DNA of 64,000 bases from NCBI GenBank assembly GCA_044229975.1, contig JBGARZ010000011.1, forward strand, positions 192,001 through 256,000, written 5' to 3'. Positions 28,287 through 38,556 of the stretch are shown one piece after another. This DNA is from Polyangiales bacterium. GTDB lineage: Bacteria > Myxococcota_A > Polyangia > Polyangiales > Ga0077539. Within the stretch, counting starts at the first letter, position 1, and every line of letters starts with the position of its first letter. The translations under genes and the position numbers were made by a program. The notes under the pieces are model-generated. The model saw nothing but the letters and a program-made list of their open reading frames with translations. It did not search any database and had not been told where the DNA came from.

Positions 28287-31018
28287 CACGCGAAGTAGGG
28301 TGCGAGGTTGAGGGGAGCGCGCACGGCCGTGCCGTCGGCGAGGACGAGGTGCACCATCACCGAGGTGGGCGACGACGGGCACAGGTACAGGCGACCCGTC
28401 GCGTCGAGGGGGATCTCCGGGCGCACCGAGATGATCCGCGGATCGTTGGCCCCCATCCGACCGGGCTCGTACTCCTTGGCGATGCGGAGGGGCTTCTGGC
28501 CGTTCCAGGGGCCGAAGTCGAGGTAGTGATCGCCGAAGGGCTCGGGGCTACGCGGCAGCGTACCCATCGGGAGGAGCGCCGTGAACTTCGGCGGAAAGCC
28601 GCGCAGGTCGCCCACGAAGAAGCTGAAGCCCTGCGCCGCGCGCACGAGGTGGACGTCGCGGTTGGCGATGCGAAGTGCGCCGAGGGCCACGGCGGTCTTC
28701 GGCGTCACCCCGATGATCTCGGCGCCGCGCTCGACCCGCGACGGCGTCTCGTAGCGAACTACCCCCTGCGGCGCGAAGTCATCCGTCGGGGTCCACACCT
28801 TGAGGTCGGGCGCGTCGAGCGCCTGCGCGAGGGCCCGCTCGACGTAGTCCGAGCGCGAGCTGTTGCCCGCCAGCAGGATCACCACGCCGCGATCACGCCA
28901 CCCGCTCGCGGGCTGCACCGAGCCGGCGGCGCCGGGCTCCCACGGGGTCGACGCGATCATGCTCGCAAGCTGCCGCGCCCCATCACGAACGCGCTCTTCG
29001 AGGTGCGTTCCCAGGCGCTTCTGGACGCCCGCGAGGTCGGTCTTGAGCGACTCCAGCGAGACCTCGGACTCGTCGAGCTTGCGAGCGACCAGCGAGTCGA
29101 CGCGGGCCATCTCGTTGGCGCGCTTGAACTTCACCTGCTCAAGCGCGAGGGCGTCTTGAAAGCGCACCTTGTTCTGTCGCGCCGCGAGCGAGCGCTTATA
29201 GAGCTGCGGCGAGCGCGCGAGCTTGTTTTCGGGGATGGTCACCGGCCGCTGCATGGGCACTTCGCGTGACTCCATCTCGGGCAGGTGCTCGGGGTGCTGA
29301 TGAACGAGCCACACGAGCTCGTGGGTGAGGTAGTCGCCGCCGAGGTGATCGTCGCCCGCGACCTGCAAGGTCTCGATGACGGAGGTGCAGCCCGAGGCGG
29401 CTTCTTCGTCGGGCGTCGCGGGGCGGTAGCGACCGCAGGCGATGTCGAGGGTTCCGCCGCCGAAGTCGAAGACGGCGAAGCGCAGCTCACCGAACTTCTC
29501 GACGAGCGGCGCAAACGCGGGGTGCGCCGCGAGCTCGGGGCACACCTCGGCGGCGTAGGCCTCGGGCTCGGTGGCCTGCATCTGGACGGTGACCTCTTCG
29601 GACGCGATGCCCTCGGGGACCGACAGCAGGATGCCCGCGCGCAGCTCCTCGACGAGCAGGGAGCGAGCGCGCTCGTCGAACTCGGCGGGATAGGTCAGCC
29701 AGTAGCGGAGGAAGACCTCTTGACCGGGCCGGTTGATGGCGCGGCCGAGGAGGTAGCCGTAGGCGCGAACCACCATGCGGACGCGGGGTTCGTCGAGGAG
29801 GAAGTCGGCGCGCTTCTCGCGGTCACGGAGCTGCGGCGCCTGGTCGAGCGCGAATACGCGCTCGGGTAACGATTTGATCTCGGTGACGACGGCGTTGGGA
29901 AACTCGCTGAGCTTCTCGCGCGCGGCGTGCGACGCCTGGACGACGCGGAGGAGGTCGGGGAAGCGCTCGCCGCGGGAGAGCTCGGCCCAGAGGCGCTCGT
30001 GGTCTTCGATGAGGAGGACGGTGGGGTTTTCGGCGGGGTTGGTGCGCGCGTCGGGCGGCGAGCCGAGGCGCATGAGCGCGCGATAGCCCTGGTGGGTGAA
30101 GGCCGCGACGGTGGCGGTGGTGCCGAAGTCGATGCCGACGCCGGAGAGGCGGCGGAAGGCGGCGAGCGAGGTGCGCGGGTCGCGCAGACGAAGGGCGACG
30201 GTGCGGGTCCAGGAGAGGAAGAGCGCGGGCACGTCGAGGCCGTCGAGGGGAGCGACGGCGAGGGGGTGGATGACGACGAGGCGCAGCGGGAGGTCGGCGC
30301 CCTCGGGCGGGACGGCGTCGCGGAGCGAGGGGTGCGAGGTGTCGAGGTAGAGCTCGGAGTAGGTTCGTCGGCCGCCGGCGCGGCGGGTGGCGTCTTCGCG
30401 AACGGCGTCGCCGGAGAAGGTCGGGTGCACGACGCGGAGGACGAGCTCGGAGGGCTTGGCGTCGAGGGTGAAGGGGTCACCGTCGGGCGGGCGCTTCCAG
30501 TCGGCGAGGAGGCGGAGGCGCCAGCGGCCGGTGCCGAGCCAGAAGCCCTCCTCGGGGTTTTGCAGGTCGGCGAGGGTGCGCTCGGGGCCGTTGACGAGGA
30601 GTGAGTCGGTGGCCTCGCGCAGCTCGAAGGAGTCGGGCGAGAGCGCGAGATTGGTGGGGACGAGTTGCAGACGCGCGAGCTGGAGCGAGCGGCCGTTGAC
30701 GACGAGGTCGACGCGGCGTGGATCGCCCGCGAGCGAGGAGAGCTCGGCGAAGGGGACGGAGAGCTCGACGTCGAAGGAGAGGTCGTCGCGAACGGTGGCC
30801 GCGACGGTGGCGGAGCGGGTGACGCGGTCGATGGCGAGGGCGGCGTCGAAGGGCTGCTCGCAGACGCCGGAGACGCGCACGACGAGGCGGGCGCCGGGCC
30901 AGGAGGGCGGCAGCGGGAGGCGCGCGGTGTGGAGCGCGTCGAGGAGGTCGGTGTGCACCACGAGGTCGGCGCCGTGGAGCTCGTAGGTGAAGGAGTCAAC
31001 GCGCACGGCATCGGTCAT
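28286..31018 (-). CDS. Atypical Hsp70/actin-fold ATPase with long N-terminal extension
   Basis: GIDFGTTAT, TEPEAYA, VFDFGGGTLDI, HLGGDYL, LLAGNSSR, KTAVALGA. Confidence 0.85.
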   Translation of the reverse strand: MTDAVRVDSFTYELHGADLVVHTDLLDALHTARLPLPPSWPGARLVVRVSGVCEQPFDAALAIDRVTRSATVAATVRDDLSFDVELSVPFAELSSLAGDPRRVDLVVNGRSLQLARLQLVPTNLALSPDSFELREATDSLLVNGPERTLADLQNPEEGFWLGTGRWRLRLLADWKRPPDGDPFTLDAKPSELVLRVVHPTFSGDAVREDATRRAGGRRTYSELYLDTSHPSLRDAVPPEGADLPLRLVVIHPLAVAPLDGLDVPALFLSWTRTVALRLRDPRTSLAAFRRLSGVGIDFGTTATVAAFTHQGYRALMRLGSPPDARTNPAENPTVLLIEDHERLWAELSRGERFPDLLRVVQASHAAREKLSEFPNAVVTEIKSLPERVFALDQAPQLRDREKRADFLLDEPRVRMVVRAYGYLLGRAINRPGQEVFLRYWLTYPAEFDERARSLLVEELRAGILLSVPEGIASEEVTVQMQATEPEAYAAEVCPELAAHPAFAPLVEKFGELRFAVFDFGGGTLDIACGRYRPATPDEEAASGCTSVIETLQVAGDDHLGGDYLTHELVWLVHQHPEHLPEMESREVPMQRPVTIPENKLARSPQLYKRSLAARQNKVRFQDALALEQVKFKRANEMARVDSLVARKLDESEVSLESLKTDLAGVQKRLGTHLEERVRDGARQLASMIASTPWEPGAAGSVQPASGWRDRGVVILLAGNSSRSDYVERALAQALDAPDLKVWTPTDDFAPQGVVRYETPSRVERGAEIIGVTPKTAVALGALRIANRDVHLVRAAQGFSFFVGDLRGFPPKFTALLPMGTLPRSPEPFGDHYLDFGPWNGQKPLRIAKEYEPGRMGANDPRIISVRPEIPLDATGRLYLCPSSPTSVMVHLVLADGTAVRAPLNLAPYFA

Positions 31019-31065
31019 GGCAGTGGGCGGGGGTTGTATCACGGTGGGGGGTGGCGGCTGGGGAT

Positions 31066-31120
31066 GGGGACGGACTCAGCTTTTCACCTTGCCGAAAGGT
31101 GAAAAGCTGAGTCCGTCCCC
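31066..31120. repeat. Palindromic REP-like element, family B
   Basis: GGGGACGGACTCAGCTTTTCACCTT perfect 25-bp stem with 5-nt loop. Confidence 0.92.
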
Positions 31121-31127
31121 GCCCCGT

Positions 31128-34013
31128 TCACTCCGCCCCCGCGTCCCCCGCCGTCCCCACCGTCGCTGCCGCCGTCGCTGCGCCCGCGGTCGCCCACTCG
31201 CGCAGCGCGGCCGTCGCCCAGCGCGTCTCCGCGCTCGCGCTCTCGCCCGGGTCCAGCGCCCCCTGCATCCAGTCCGACGCCCCGCGCGCATCGCCCGCCG
31301 CCCGCGCCCGCAGCCCCAGGTAGTACCCGGTCTGCCACTGCTGCTCTTCGCTGTCCGCCTGCGCGCGCACCGCCTCCATCGGCGACAGCTCCATCAGGTG
31401 CCGCGCCAGCACGTGCGCCCACGTCCCGCTCTCGCTCGCCCGCAGGTGATCCATCAGCTCCGCCCGATGAGGGTCTTCCCCTGCCCGTCGCAGCGACGCC
31501 GCCGCGCGCAGCAGCCACACCCGGTCGCCGCTCGCACCGCCCGCCGGGGTCTCCACCACGCTCCACAGCAGCTCGTCGAGCCGACGCTCGAAGGCCACCT
31601 CCGCGAAGTCCCCGCGCTGCCCCACCGCGACCTGCCCCTGCAACCACTCCGCGGCCGCCAGCTCACCCTCGCCCGAGATTCGCAGCCGATAGCGGTCGGC
31701 CAGCAGCGCCAGCGCCGTCGCGCCTTCGCCCTCCAGGTGCGCGTGGATCTCCGCCCCCACCGCACCGTGCCCCGGTCGGATCATCGCCCCCAGCAGCGAC
31801 GACCGCCGCATCACGTCGATGCTCCCGCCGAGCGCCTCGATCGCCCGCTGCCCCTCGCTCGCCGAGCGCCCCGCAAACACCGCGTCGAAGCTCCCGCCGA
31901 CGCTCTCCTCCCACGCCCGGTCGCTCATCGTCGCCACCCGCGACGACAGCGCCTCCGACGCGCCCGCCAGGTCGTTGCGCCGCCACCGCACCTCCGCCAG
32001 CAACGCCGCCGCGCCCGCTCCCTGGTCGCGCTCCCACGCCCGACGCGCGAGCCGCTCGGCATCCTCCAGCCGCTCCATCTCCACCAGCGCCCGCGCGCCC
32101 AGCTCCAGCGGCGCCGCCCAGTCCCCCGTCGCCCACGGCTCCAGCAACCGCCACGCCCCCGGCGCGTCGCGCAGTCGCAGCAGCACGTCCGCCAGCGCCG
32201 CCACCGCCGTCACCTGCACCGCGGCATCACCCCGACGCGCCACCAGTGGCTCCAACATCGCTCGCGCCCGCGCCAGCTCGCGGCGGTCGATGAGCGCCAG
32301 CGCCCACTGCACCCGCAGCCCCGCATCGTCGTCGACCAGCGCCTCCCACACCGCGTCCTGCGCGCCCGCGTCCGGCCCCGCCGCGCGCCCCAGCGCCCGC
32401 AGCGCCGCGACCCGCCCCTCCACCGTCACCGACTCGCCGCGCGCCAACGCCAGCAGCGCCGCCCGATCGCCCCGCAGCGCCGCGCCCCGCACGCTCGCCA
32501 CGGCGTCCACGCCGGGCCCCTGCTCGGTGCCTTCGTCCAACAGCGACTGCGCCCGCGGAACGTCCCGCGCCACGTCGAGCATCAATCCCCCCAGCGCGAG
32601 CCGATGCGCCGGGCGTTGGTCCATCTGCTCCGCGAGCGAGGCCAGCACCGCGATCACCCCGGGCGTGCCGTCCTGCCCCTCGCGCACCAGCGACCGCAGG
32701 CTCCGCACCCGCGCCGCGACCCCCAGCGATCGCAGCCCGCCGACCTCCTGCGCCAGCGCCCCGCGCGCCGCCGCGCCGCCGCTCGTCACCACGTGCTCGC
32801 GCGCCCACCGCAGCCACTCGGTGCTCATCGGGTCGTCCGCCGCGCCCAGCGCCGCGAGCACCTCCTGCGCCTGCGCGGGCGTCGCCGCCACCGCCAGCGT
32901 CGCCGCCAGCACCCGCGACAGCCCGTCGCCCCAGCGCGACCGCCGCTGCGCCTGCGTCACGCCCGCGTCCGTCCACGCGCCGCCCGATCCGCCCGCCACC
33001 TCCAGCGCCGCGAAGCGCGCAAACGCCGTCGCGCCGGGCGCCGACATCGCGGCCTCTTCGCGCTCCAGCGCCGTCAGCACCCGCGCGAGAATCTCCGGCG
33101 CCGCCCGCCGCGCCGCCGCGATGTCCGCGGGTGACTCCGCCCGCGACTCCGCCCCGTCGCGCAGCCACCGCGCCGTGCGATCGCCGTCGCGCACCAACAC
33201 CTCCAACCCCGGAACATCCCCCCGCAACCACGCGCCCACCGCCGGGTCGTCCGACAGCCCCCCCGCCCGGTACGCCGCTTCGGCCGTGTACGTCATCGCG
33301 CGGCACAGCACCGCCTCGCTCGCCGCATCCGTCGCGCCTGCCGCTCGCGCCAACGCCAGCGCCGCCAGCGCGCGGCCCGCGACCGCATCGCCTACGCCCA
33401 ACGGATCGGGCGTCAGCGCCGCCGTCCACGCCAGCGCGCGACCCACCGCCACCACGTCGGAGACGTTGCGCGCCCCCGCGGTCCAGCGAGCGTCGGCCGC
33501 GCGCGCGGAGCCCCACGGGTCGCGCAGCGTCGCGACGTTGACGGCCCCGACCTGGCCCGACGCGTCGATGTGGAGTCGTTGCGGGAGCTGCTGCGCTCGC
33601 GCGTAGTCCGTCGCCGCGGTGAGCATCGCTTCGAAGGTGACCTCCGTAGGCAGCGTGGCCGCGGGAGCTCCCCCGACCAGCACCGTCCAGCGACCGTCGG
33701 CGAAGCGCACCTCGGGCGCTGGCGCGTTGGGCGCGGCGAGCGAGGCGAGGTGATGCAGCGCGAGGCCGAGGCGCGCGTCGGGCCGCAGCCGCCAGCGAGC
33801 GTCGAAGCGGGCGCGCAGCGCGTCGAGCGAGGCAGGCAGCACCGTGCGCTCCGGCGGAGGAACGTCCCTCGCCATCGGCCGCACCACCCGCGGCGCGATG
33901 GGACCCGGTGAGGTCGGTGTTCGAGACGAGCGACGTAGCATCACCGCCCCGGCGCCCGCTCCCGAGAGAGCGACCACGACGCCGAGGACGATGAGTTGTA
34001 GGCGACGTTCCAT
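31128..34013 (-). CDS. Large membrane-anchored TPR-like helical protein
   Basis: N-terminal TM, Ala/Arg/Leu-rich helical repeats, GYYLGLRA near the C-terminus. Confidence 0.65.
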   Translation of the reverse strand: MERRLQLIVLGVVVALSGAGAGAVMLRRSSRTPTSPGPIAPRVVRPMARDVPPPERTVLPASLDALRARFDARWRLRPDARLGLALHHLASLAAPNAPAPEVRFADGRWTVLVGGAPAATLPTEVTFEAMLTAATDYARAQQLPQRLHIDASGQVGAVNVATLRDPWGSARAADARWTAGARNVSDVVAVGRALAWTAALTPDPLGVGDAVAGRALAALALARAAGATDAASEAVLCRAMTYTAEAAYRAGGLSDDPAVGAWLRGDVPGLEVLVRDGDRTARWLRDGAESRAESPADIAAARRAAPEILARVLTALEREEAAMSAPGATAFARFAALEVAGGSGGAWTDAGVTQAQRRSRWGDGLSRVLAATLAVAATPAQAQEVLAALGAADDPMSTEWLRWAREHVVTSGGAAARGALAQEVGGLRSLGVAARVRSLRSLVREGQDGTPGVIAVLASLAEQMDQRPAHRLALGGLMLDVARDVPRAQSLLDEGTEQGPGVDAVASVRGAALRGDRAALLALARGESVTVEGRVAALRALGRAAGPDAGAQDAVWEALVDDDAGLRVQWALALIDRRELARARAMLEPLVARRGDAAVQVTAVAALADVLLRLRDAPGAWRLLEPWATGDWAAPLELGARALVEMERLEDAERLARRAWERDQGAGAAALLAEVRWRRNDLAGASEALSSRVATMSDRAWEESVGGSFDAVFAGRSASEGQRAIEALGGSIDVMRRSSLLGAMIRPGHGAVGAEIHAHLEGEGATALALLADRYRLRISGEGELAAAEWLQGQVAVGQRGDFAEVAFERRLDELLWSVVETPAGGASGDRVWLLRAAASLRRAGEDPHRAELMDHLRASESGTWAHVLARHLMELSPMEAVRAQADSEEQQWQTGYYLGLRARAAGDARGASDWMQGALDPGESASAETRWATAALREWATAGAATAAATVGTAGDAGAE

Positions 34014-34130
34014 GGCGGCAGTGCGCGGGTGCCACGCGGTAGGGTGCGTGGCCGCTCAGCGCGGAAAGGTTGCCGACCAAGGGGGGGTCGTCGTCAACAG
34101 ATTCGCGACGATGGGGTATAAGCTGCGACG

Positions 34131-35240
34131 ATGACGACGCTCACCCTTGAACAGATCCGCAAGCTGCCGAAGACCGACCTGCACGTTCACCTCGACGGCT
34201 CGCTGCGCCTGACGACCATCCTCGACCTCGCGAAGCAGGACGGCATCGAGCTGCCGGCCAACACCCCCGAAGGCCTCGCCATCGCGATGAACGCCGGGCA
34301 GAACACCGGATCGCTCACCGAGTACCTCAAGGCCTTCGACGTGACGCTGCGGGTGCTGCAGACCGAGGCGTCGCTGATGCGCGCGGCCTACGAGCTGGGC
34401 GAAGACGCCGCGGCCGAGGGCGTGCGGTACATGGAGGTGCGCTACGCCCCGATGCTGCACACGCAGCGCTCGCTCTCGCTGACCAAGGTGGTCGAGGCGG
34501 TCATCAACGGGCTGCGGCGCGCGCAGGACGACTTCGGCATCCACTCCAACGTCATCATCTGCGGCATCCGGCACATCTCGCCCGAGGGGTCGCTGGAGAT
34601 GGCCGAGCTCGCCGTCGCCTATAAAAACCGCGGCGTGGTGGGCTTCGACCTCGCGGGCGCCGAGTACGACCACCCCGCCAAGCACCACCGCGACGCGTTC
34701 CAGTTGATCCGCAACAACAACATCAACTGCACCATCCACGCGGGAGAGGCGTACGGGCCGGAGTCCATCAAGCAGGCCATCCACGTGTGCGGCGCGCACC
34801 GCATCGGGCACGGCTGCCGGCTCCGCGAGGACGGCGACCTCCTGCACTACATCACCGACCACCGTGTGCCGTTGGAGTGCTGCCCGTCGAGCAACGTGCA
34901 GACCGGGGCGGTGCGCGACCTGCGTTCGCACCCGCTGAAGTTCTATCAAGACCTCGGCGTGCGGGTGACGGTCAACACCGACAACCGGCTCATCACCGAC
35001 ACCACCGTGAGCAAGGAATTGTTCATCGTGCACACGGAGATGGACGTCGCGTGGCCGAGCCTGAAGAGCATCATCCTCAACGGGTTCAAGAGCGGGTTTC
35101 TCCCCTTCCACGAGCGGCGCGCGATGCTCCGAACGGTCTCCCACGAGCTGGAGCAGCTCGAGCGCGAGTTCCATCTGGTGCCCGGCGACGCTCCGCGCCG
35201 CGACGAGGGCTCGCAGCCCTCCCCCAACACCCTGTCGTAA
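34131..35240 (+). CDS. add: Adenosine deaminase
   Basis: LPKTDLHVHLDGS, YMEVRYAP, GFDLAG, TIHAGE, RIGHG, CPSSN, VNTDN. Confidence 0.95.
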   Translation: MTTLTLEQIRKLPKTDLHVHLDGSLRLTTILDLAKQDGIELPANTPEGLAIAMNAGQNTGSLTEYLKAFDVTLRVLQTEASLMRAAYELGEDAAAEGVRYMEVRYAPMLHTQRSLSLTKVVEAVINGLRRAQDDFGIHSNVIICGIRHISPEGSLEMAELAVAYKNRGVVGFDLAGAEYDHPAKHHRDAFQLIRNNNINCTIHAGEAYGPESIKQAIHVCGAHRIGHGCRLREDGDLLHYITDHRVPLECCPSSNVQTGAVRDLRSHPLKFYQDLGVRVTVNTDNRLITDTTVSKELFIVHTEMDVAWPSLKSIILNGFKSGFLPFHERRAMLRTVSHELEQLEREFHLVPGDAPRRDEGSQPSPNTLS

Positions 35241-36472
35241 TGAGCACCACGGACCACGACGAGTCGCTCCAGGCGACCATCGCGGGGCCTTCGCAGGGGG
35301 CGGCGGGTCGCGCGCCCGCGCCCGTCTCCTCGCTGCCGAAGGCGTCAGGGGGATCGAGCACGGGCAGCCGGGCGGGGGCGGTGCTGCCGCGGAGCGTTCC
35401 GACCGACGAGGGCATCCAGCTCGTGGAGCACGCGCGGCCGCGCTACGAGTCGCTGAAGCGCTTGGGCGAAGGGGCCTTTGGCGAGGTCGAGCTCTGCGTC
35501 GACAACGACATCGAGCGACGCGTCGCGCTCAAGCGGCTGAAGCCCGAGATGCGCGACCCCGACACCGTCTCCCGCTTCACCAGCGAGATCCAGACGATCG
35601 GCCAGCTCGAACATCCGGGCATCGTCCCGGTGCACGACGTGGGGCTCGACGAGCGCGGGTTCTTCTTCGTGATGAAGTTCGTCGAGGGCGACAACCTCGA
35701 ACACGTCATCGATCGCCTCCGCGCGAAGGACCCCGACTACCGCTCGCGCTTCAGCGTCGAGATGCGCGTGGAGATGTTTCAGCAGCTCTGCCGGGCGGTG
35801 CAGTTCGCGCACCACAAGGGCTGGGTTCACCGCGACATCAAGCCGGCCAACGTGATGGTCGGGCCCCTCGGCGAGGTGATGCTGATGGACTGGGGCCTCG
35901 CCAAGAAGGTGGGCCCCGGCGGCAAGCGCGAGGTCGGCGCGACGACCCCGAGCGGCGACGGCTTCGGCACGATGCTGGGTCACGCCATCGGAACGCCCGC
36001 GTACATGTCCCCGGAGCAGGCGCGCGGCGAGCACGACAAGACCGACGCGCGGAGCGACGTGTACTCGCTGTGCGCGGTCTTCTACGAGCTGCTGGGGTTG
36101 CGGCACTACCTGCGACCAAAGGCGACCCTGGAGGAGCTACTGGAGTCGGTGAAGACCGAGCAGCCGATGGGCGCGCTGGCGATGCACCACAAGCTGAAGA
36201 TCCCGCCGGAGTACGCGTGGATCATCGCGCGCGGCCTCGACAAGGACCCGGCGCGGAGGTTTCAGTCCGTCGCCGAGCTCTCCCAGCGCCTGCAAGCGGC
36301 GATGGAGGGACGCGGCCCGGTGCAGTGCCCGTGCACGGGAATGAAGCGGGTGGGCGGGTCGTGGTCGCGCTTCATCGACGCGCAGCCCAACCTGGCGATC
36401 GCGGCGGCGGTGCTGCTCACGAGCGCGGCGGTGTTCGGCGTGGTGTCGGCGGTGCTGCTGGTGGTGCGCTGA
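35240..36472 (+). CDS. Hanks-type Ser/Thr protein kinase with C-terminal TM helix
   Basis: LGEGAFGEV, VALK, HRDIKPAN, DWGLAK, GTPAYMSPEQ, SDVYSL. TAATG overlap with add. Confidence 0.93.
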   Translation: MSTTDHDESLQATIAGPSQGAAGRAPAPVSSLPKASGGSSTGSRAGAVLPRSVPTDEGIQLVEHARPRYESLKRLGEGAFGEVELCVDNDIERRVALKRLKPEMRDPDTVSRFTSEIQTIGQLEHPGIVPVHDVGLDERGFFFVMKFVEGDNLEHVIDRLRAKDPDYRSRFSVEMRVEMFQQLCRAVQFAHHKGWVHRDIKPANVMVGPLGEVMLMDWGLAKKVGPGGKREVGATTPSGDGFGTMLGHAIGTPAYMSPEQARGEHDKTDARSDVYSLCAVFYELLGLRHYLRPKATLEELLESVKTEQPMGALAMHHKLKIPPEYAWIIARGLDKDPARRFQSVAELSQRLQAAMEGRGPVQCPCTGMKRVGGSWSRFIDAQPNLAIAAAVLLTSAAVFGVVSAVLLVVR

Positions 36473-36515
36473 CAGGGTCATTGACGCCCCTGCGGGCGCC
36501 CGGCAGGGTGGAGTG

Positions 36516-37520
36516 ATGAGCCCCCAACCGACCACCACACCGCTCGCACCGCCACGCCCGCGAGCACCTCGCCAGGAGGTGTGGGACGCGATGAGCGCGG
36601 CCGAGCGCGCGGCGGTGGTCAAGGCGCTGTCGGTGGGCATCCCGGCGATCGAGGTGGCCTCCGAGGGGGACGTGCACTTCGAGTCGAAGGCCGACACCCG
36701 CGCGACGCTGCGGAAGTACTTCGAGCGCGCGGGGCGCAAGGTCTACGTGGGCGCCGAGGTCGGGGTGTACTACCCCGACGAGGAGCGCTTCGTTCCAGAC
36801 CTGTTGGCGGTGGCCGACGTGGAGACCCACCGACGGAGCTCGTGGGTGGTGTCCGCCGAGGGCAGGGGCGTCGGTTGGGTGATGGAGATCCTGGTGGAGG
36901 GCGTCCGACGCAAGGACGTCGTCACCAACGTGCGTCGCTACGCCGCGCTCGGCGTCGAGGAGTATTTCGTCTTCGATCACGCGTACAAGATCATCCGCGG
37001 GTGGCGCCAGGCGTCGCCGGGGGTGCGAACGTTCGTCCCCGTGGTGGCGCAAGGCGGGTGGATGCACTCGCAGGTGCTGGGGCTGGAGATCGCGGCGCTC
37101 GACGGGCGGGTGCGATTGCGCCAGGGCACCGCGGAGCTACGCACCGCCGACGAGATCATCCAGTGGCTCGAAGACCGGGCCGACGAGATGCTCGAAGAGG
37201 CCGACCAGCAGCTCGCGGCGGCGGAGGAGACAGCGCAGGCGGAGACCCGGCGACGCGTCGAGGCCGAAGTGAGGGCCGTGACCGCCGAAGCGAAGGCCGT
37301 GACCGCCGAAGCGAAGGCCGTGACCGCCGAAGCGAGGGGCGCAGTCGGGGCGACGAGGGGCGCGCTGCTCACGGTGCTCGACGCGCGGGGATTGGTGATC
37401 GACGACGCGGCGCGCCAGCGCATCGCGACCTGCGAAGACCCACATCGGTTGCATCGGTGGATGCGGCGCGCGGTGAGCGTGGGTGACGTCGCCGCGCTCT
37501 TCGACGACGCGGAGGAGTGA
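36516..37520 (+). CDS. Uma2 family (PD-(D/E)XK) endonuclease with coiled coil and Rpn-type C-terminal domain
   Basis: EGDVH, VPDLLAV, VMEIL, YAALGVEEYFVFD, SQVLGL. Tail LLTVLDARGL...RIATCED...LHRW. Confidence 0.85.
   Translation: MSPQPTTTPLAPPRPRAPRQEVWDAMSAAERAAVVKALSVGIPAIEVASEGDVHFESKADTRATLRKYFERAGRKVYVGAEVGVYYPDEERFVPDLLAVADVETHRRSSWVVSAEGRGVGWVMEILVEGVRRKDVVTNVRRYAALGVEEYFVFDHAYKIIRGWRQASPGVRTFVPVVAQGGWMHSQVLGLEIAALDGRVRLRQGTAELRTADEIIQWLEDRADEMLEEADQQLAAAEETAQAETRRRVEAEVRAVTAEAKAVTAEAKAVTAEARGAVGATRGALLTVLDARGLVIDDAARQRIATCEDPHRLHRWMRRAVSVGDVAALFDDAEE
37274..37336. repeat. Coding 21-bp tandem repeat x3 (AVTAEAK)
   Basis: GGCCGTGACCGCCGAAGCGAA repeated three times. Confidence 0.9.
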
Positions 37521-37545
37521 CGTCGGGGCGAGCGGCTACGCCGGG

Positions 37546-38556
37546 CTACGGGGAGGTGTCGACGAACAGCGCGCCCATCAGCTCGTCGGGCGGCATCACG
37601 GCGGGGCCCGCGGCGGTGCTCGTCGCTGGCAGCGGGCGCAGCACACCGTCGCACCACCAGTAGAGGTCCGACGAGAAGCGCTGGTCGGCGAACAACGGAT
37701 CAGACGCCACGCCGTCGAGCAGCGTGAGCGCGGTGGAGACCGCGCGGGTGAGGCGCTCCATCGCGGCGGCGTCGGCGCCGTTGCGCAGCGGGATGGCGAA
37801 GATCATCGAGCGCGCGGGCAGGCCGACGATGGCGCCCGCGGGGTACCGCCGCCCGAGGTGGTTGCCGAGGAAGTGCACCTGCGACGTGACGGTGTGGTTG
37901 CCGCCAGAGACGATGACGCCGGGGAGCGCGTGCGAGGGGAAGGTCTCGCGGCGCACGCGCTGGCGCTCGACGTTGGCGAGGCCCACGCGGAAGAGCTCGT
38001 CCTCCGAGCGCCCCCAGCGCGCCGGCAGGTCGGATGGGAGTGATGCGATGGCGTGGCCGAGGTCGACCGCGAGGGCGGTGACGAGACCGTCGCAGAGCGG
38101 GCGCGCGACGACGCGGTCGCGAGCGTCGCCGATCACGTCGGCGCGGTACACGTGCGCGATGAGCCGCGGCGCGACATCGGCGTAGGCCACCTCGCCGAGG
38201 AGGCCCGACCCAGGCGTCATGATCGGCCCGAGGGCGGCGTCGAAGTGGGCGCGGGCGAGGTCATGGTGAAGGTCGACGTCGACGCCGCGGCAGCGCGCCG
38301 CGAGGTTGACCAGCCCGAGCTGGGCACGGCGGCCGTCGGGGAAGGTCGCGCTGAAGTAGTCGCCCTGGAAGCGCGCGAGGAGGCCGCGGGCGCGGAGGTC
38401 GCGCTCGACGGCGCCGAGCAGTGAGCGCCACTGCGCGAGCGAGAGGTACGACGCCCACGCGGGGACGGAGGTGACGCACTCGACGCGGAGACCGGCGATG
38501 TGTGGCTGGCAGGAGTCGTGGACGCGAGCGGCGGACTGGCGACGAGGCATGCGCAT
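37546..38556 (-). CDS. Hypothetical protein
   Basis: Globular-looking ORF (LGLVNLAARC, WGRSEDELF, FSSDLYWW). Start uncertain. Confidence 0.6.
   Translation of the reverse strand: MRMPRRQSAARVHDSCQPHIAGLRVECVTSVPAWASYLSLAQWRSLLGAVERDLRARGLLARFQGDYFSATFPDGRRAQLGLVNLAARCRGVDVDLHHDLARAHFDAALGPIMTPGSGLLGEVAYADVAPRLIAHVYRADVIGDARDRVVARPLCDGLVTALAVDLGHAIASLPSDLPARWGRSEDELFRVGLANVERQRVRRETFPSHALPGVIVSGGNHTVTSQVHFLGNHLGRRYPAGAIVGLPARSMIFAIPLRNGADAAAMERLTRAVSTALTLLDGVASDPLFADQRFSSDLYWWCDGVLRPLPATSTAAGPAVMPPDELMGALFVDTSP

Noticed and set aside
28286..31018. Calling this gene dnaK and its neighbour grpE
   Set aside because: It lacks the canonical DnaK linker and substrate-binding domain and has a long N-terminal extension. 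Similarity is at motif level only.
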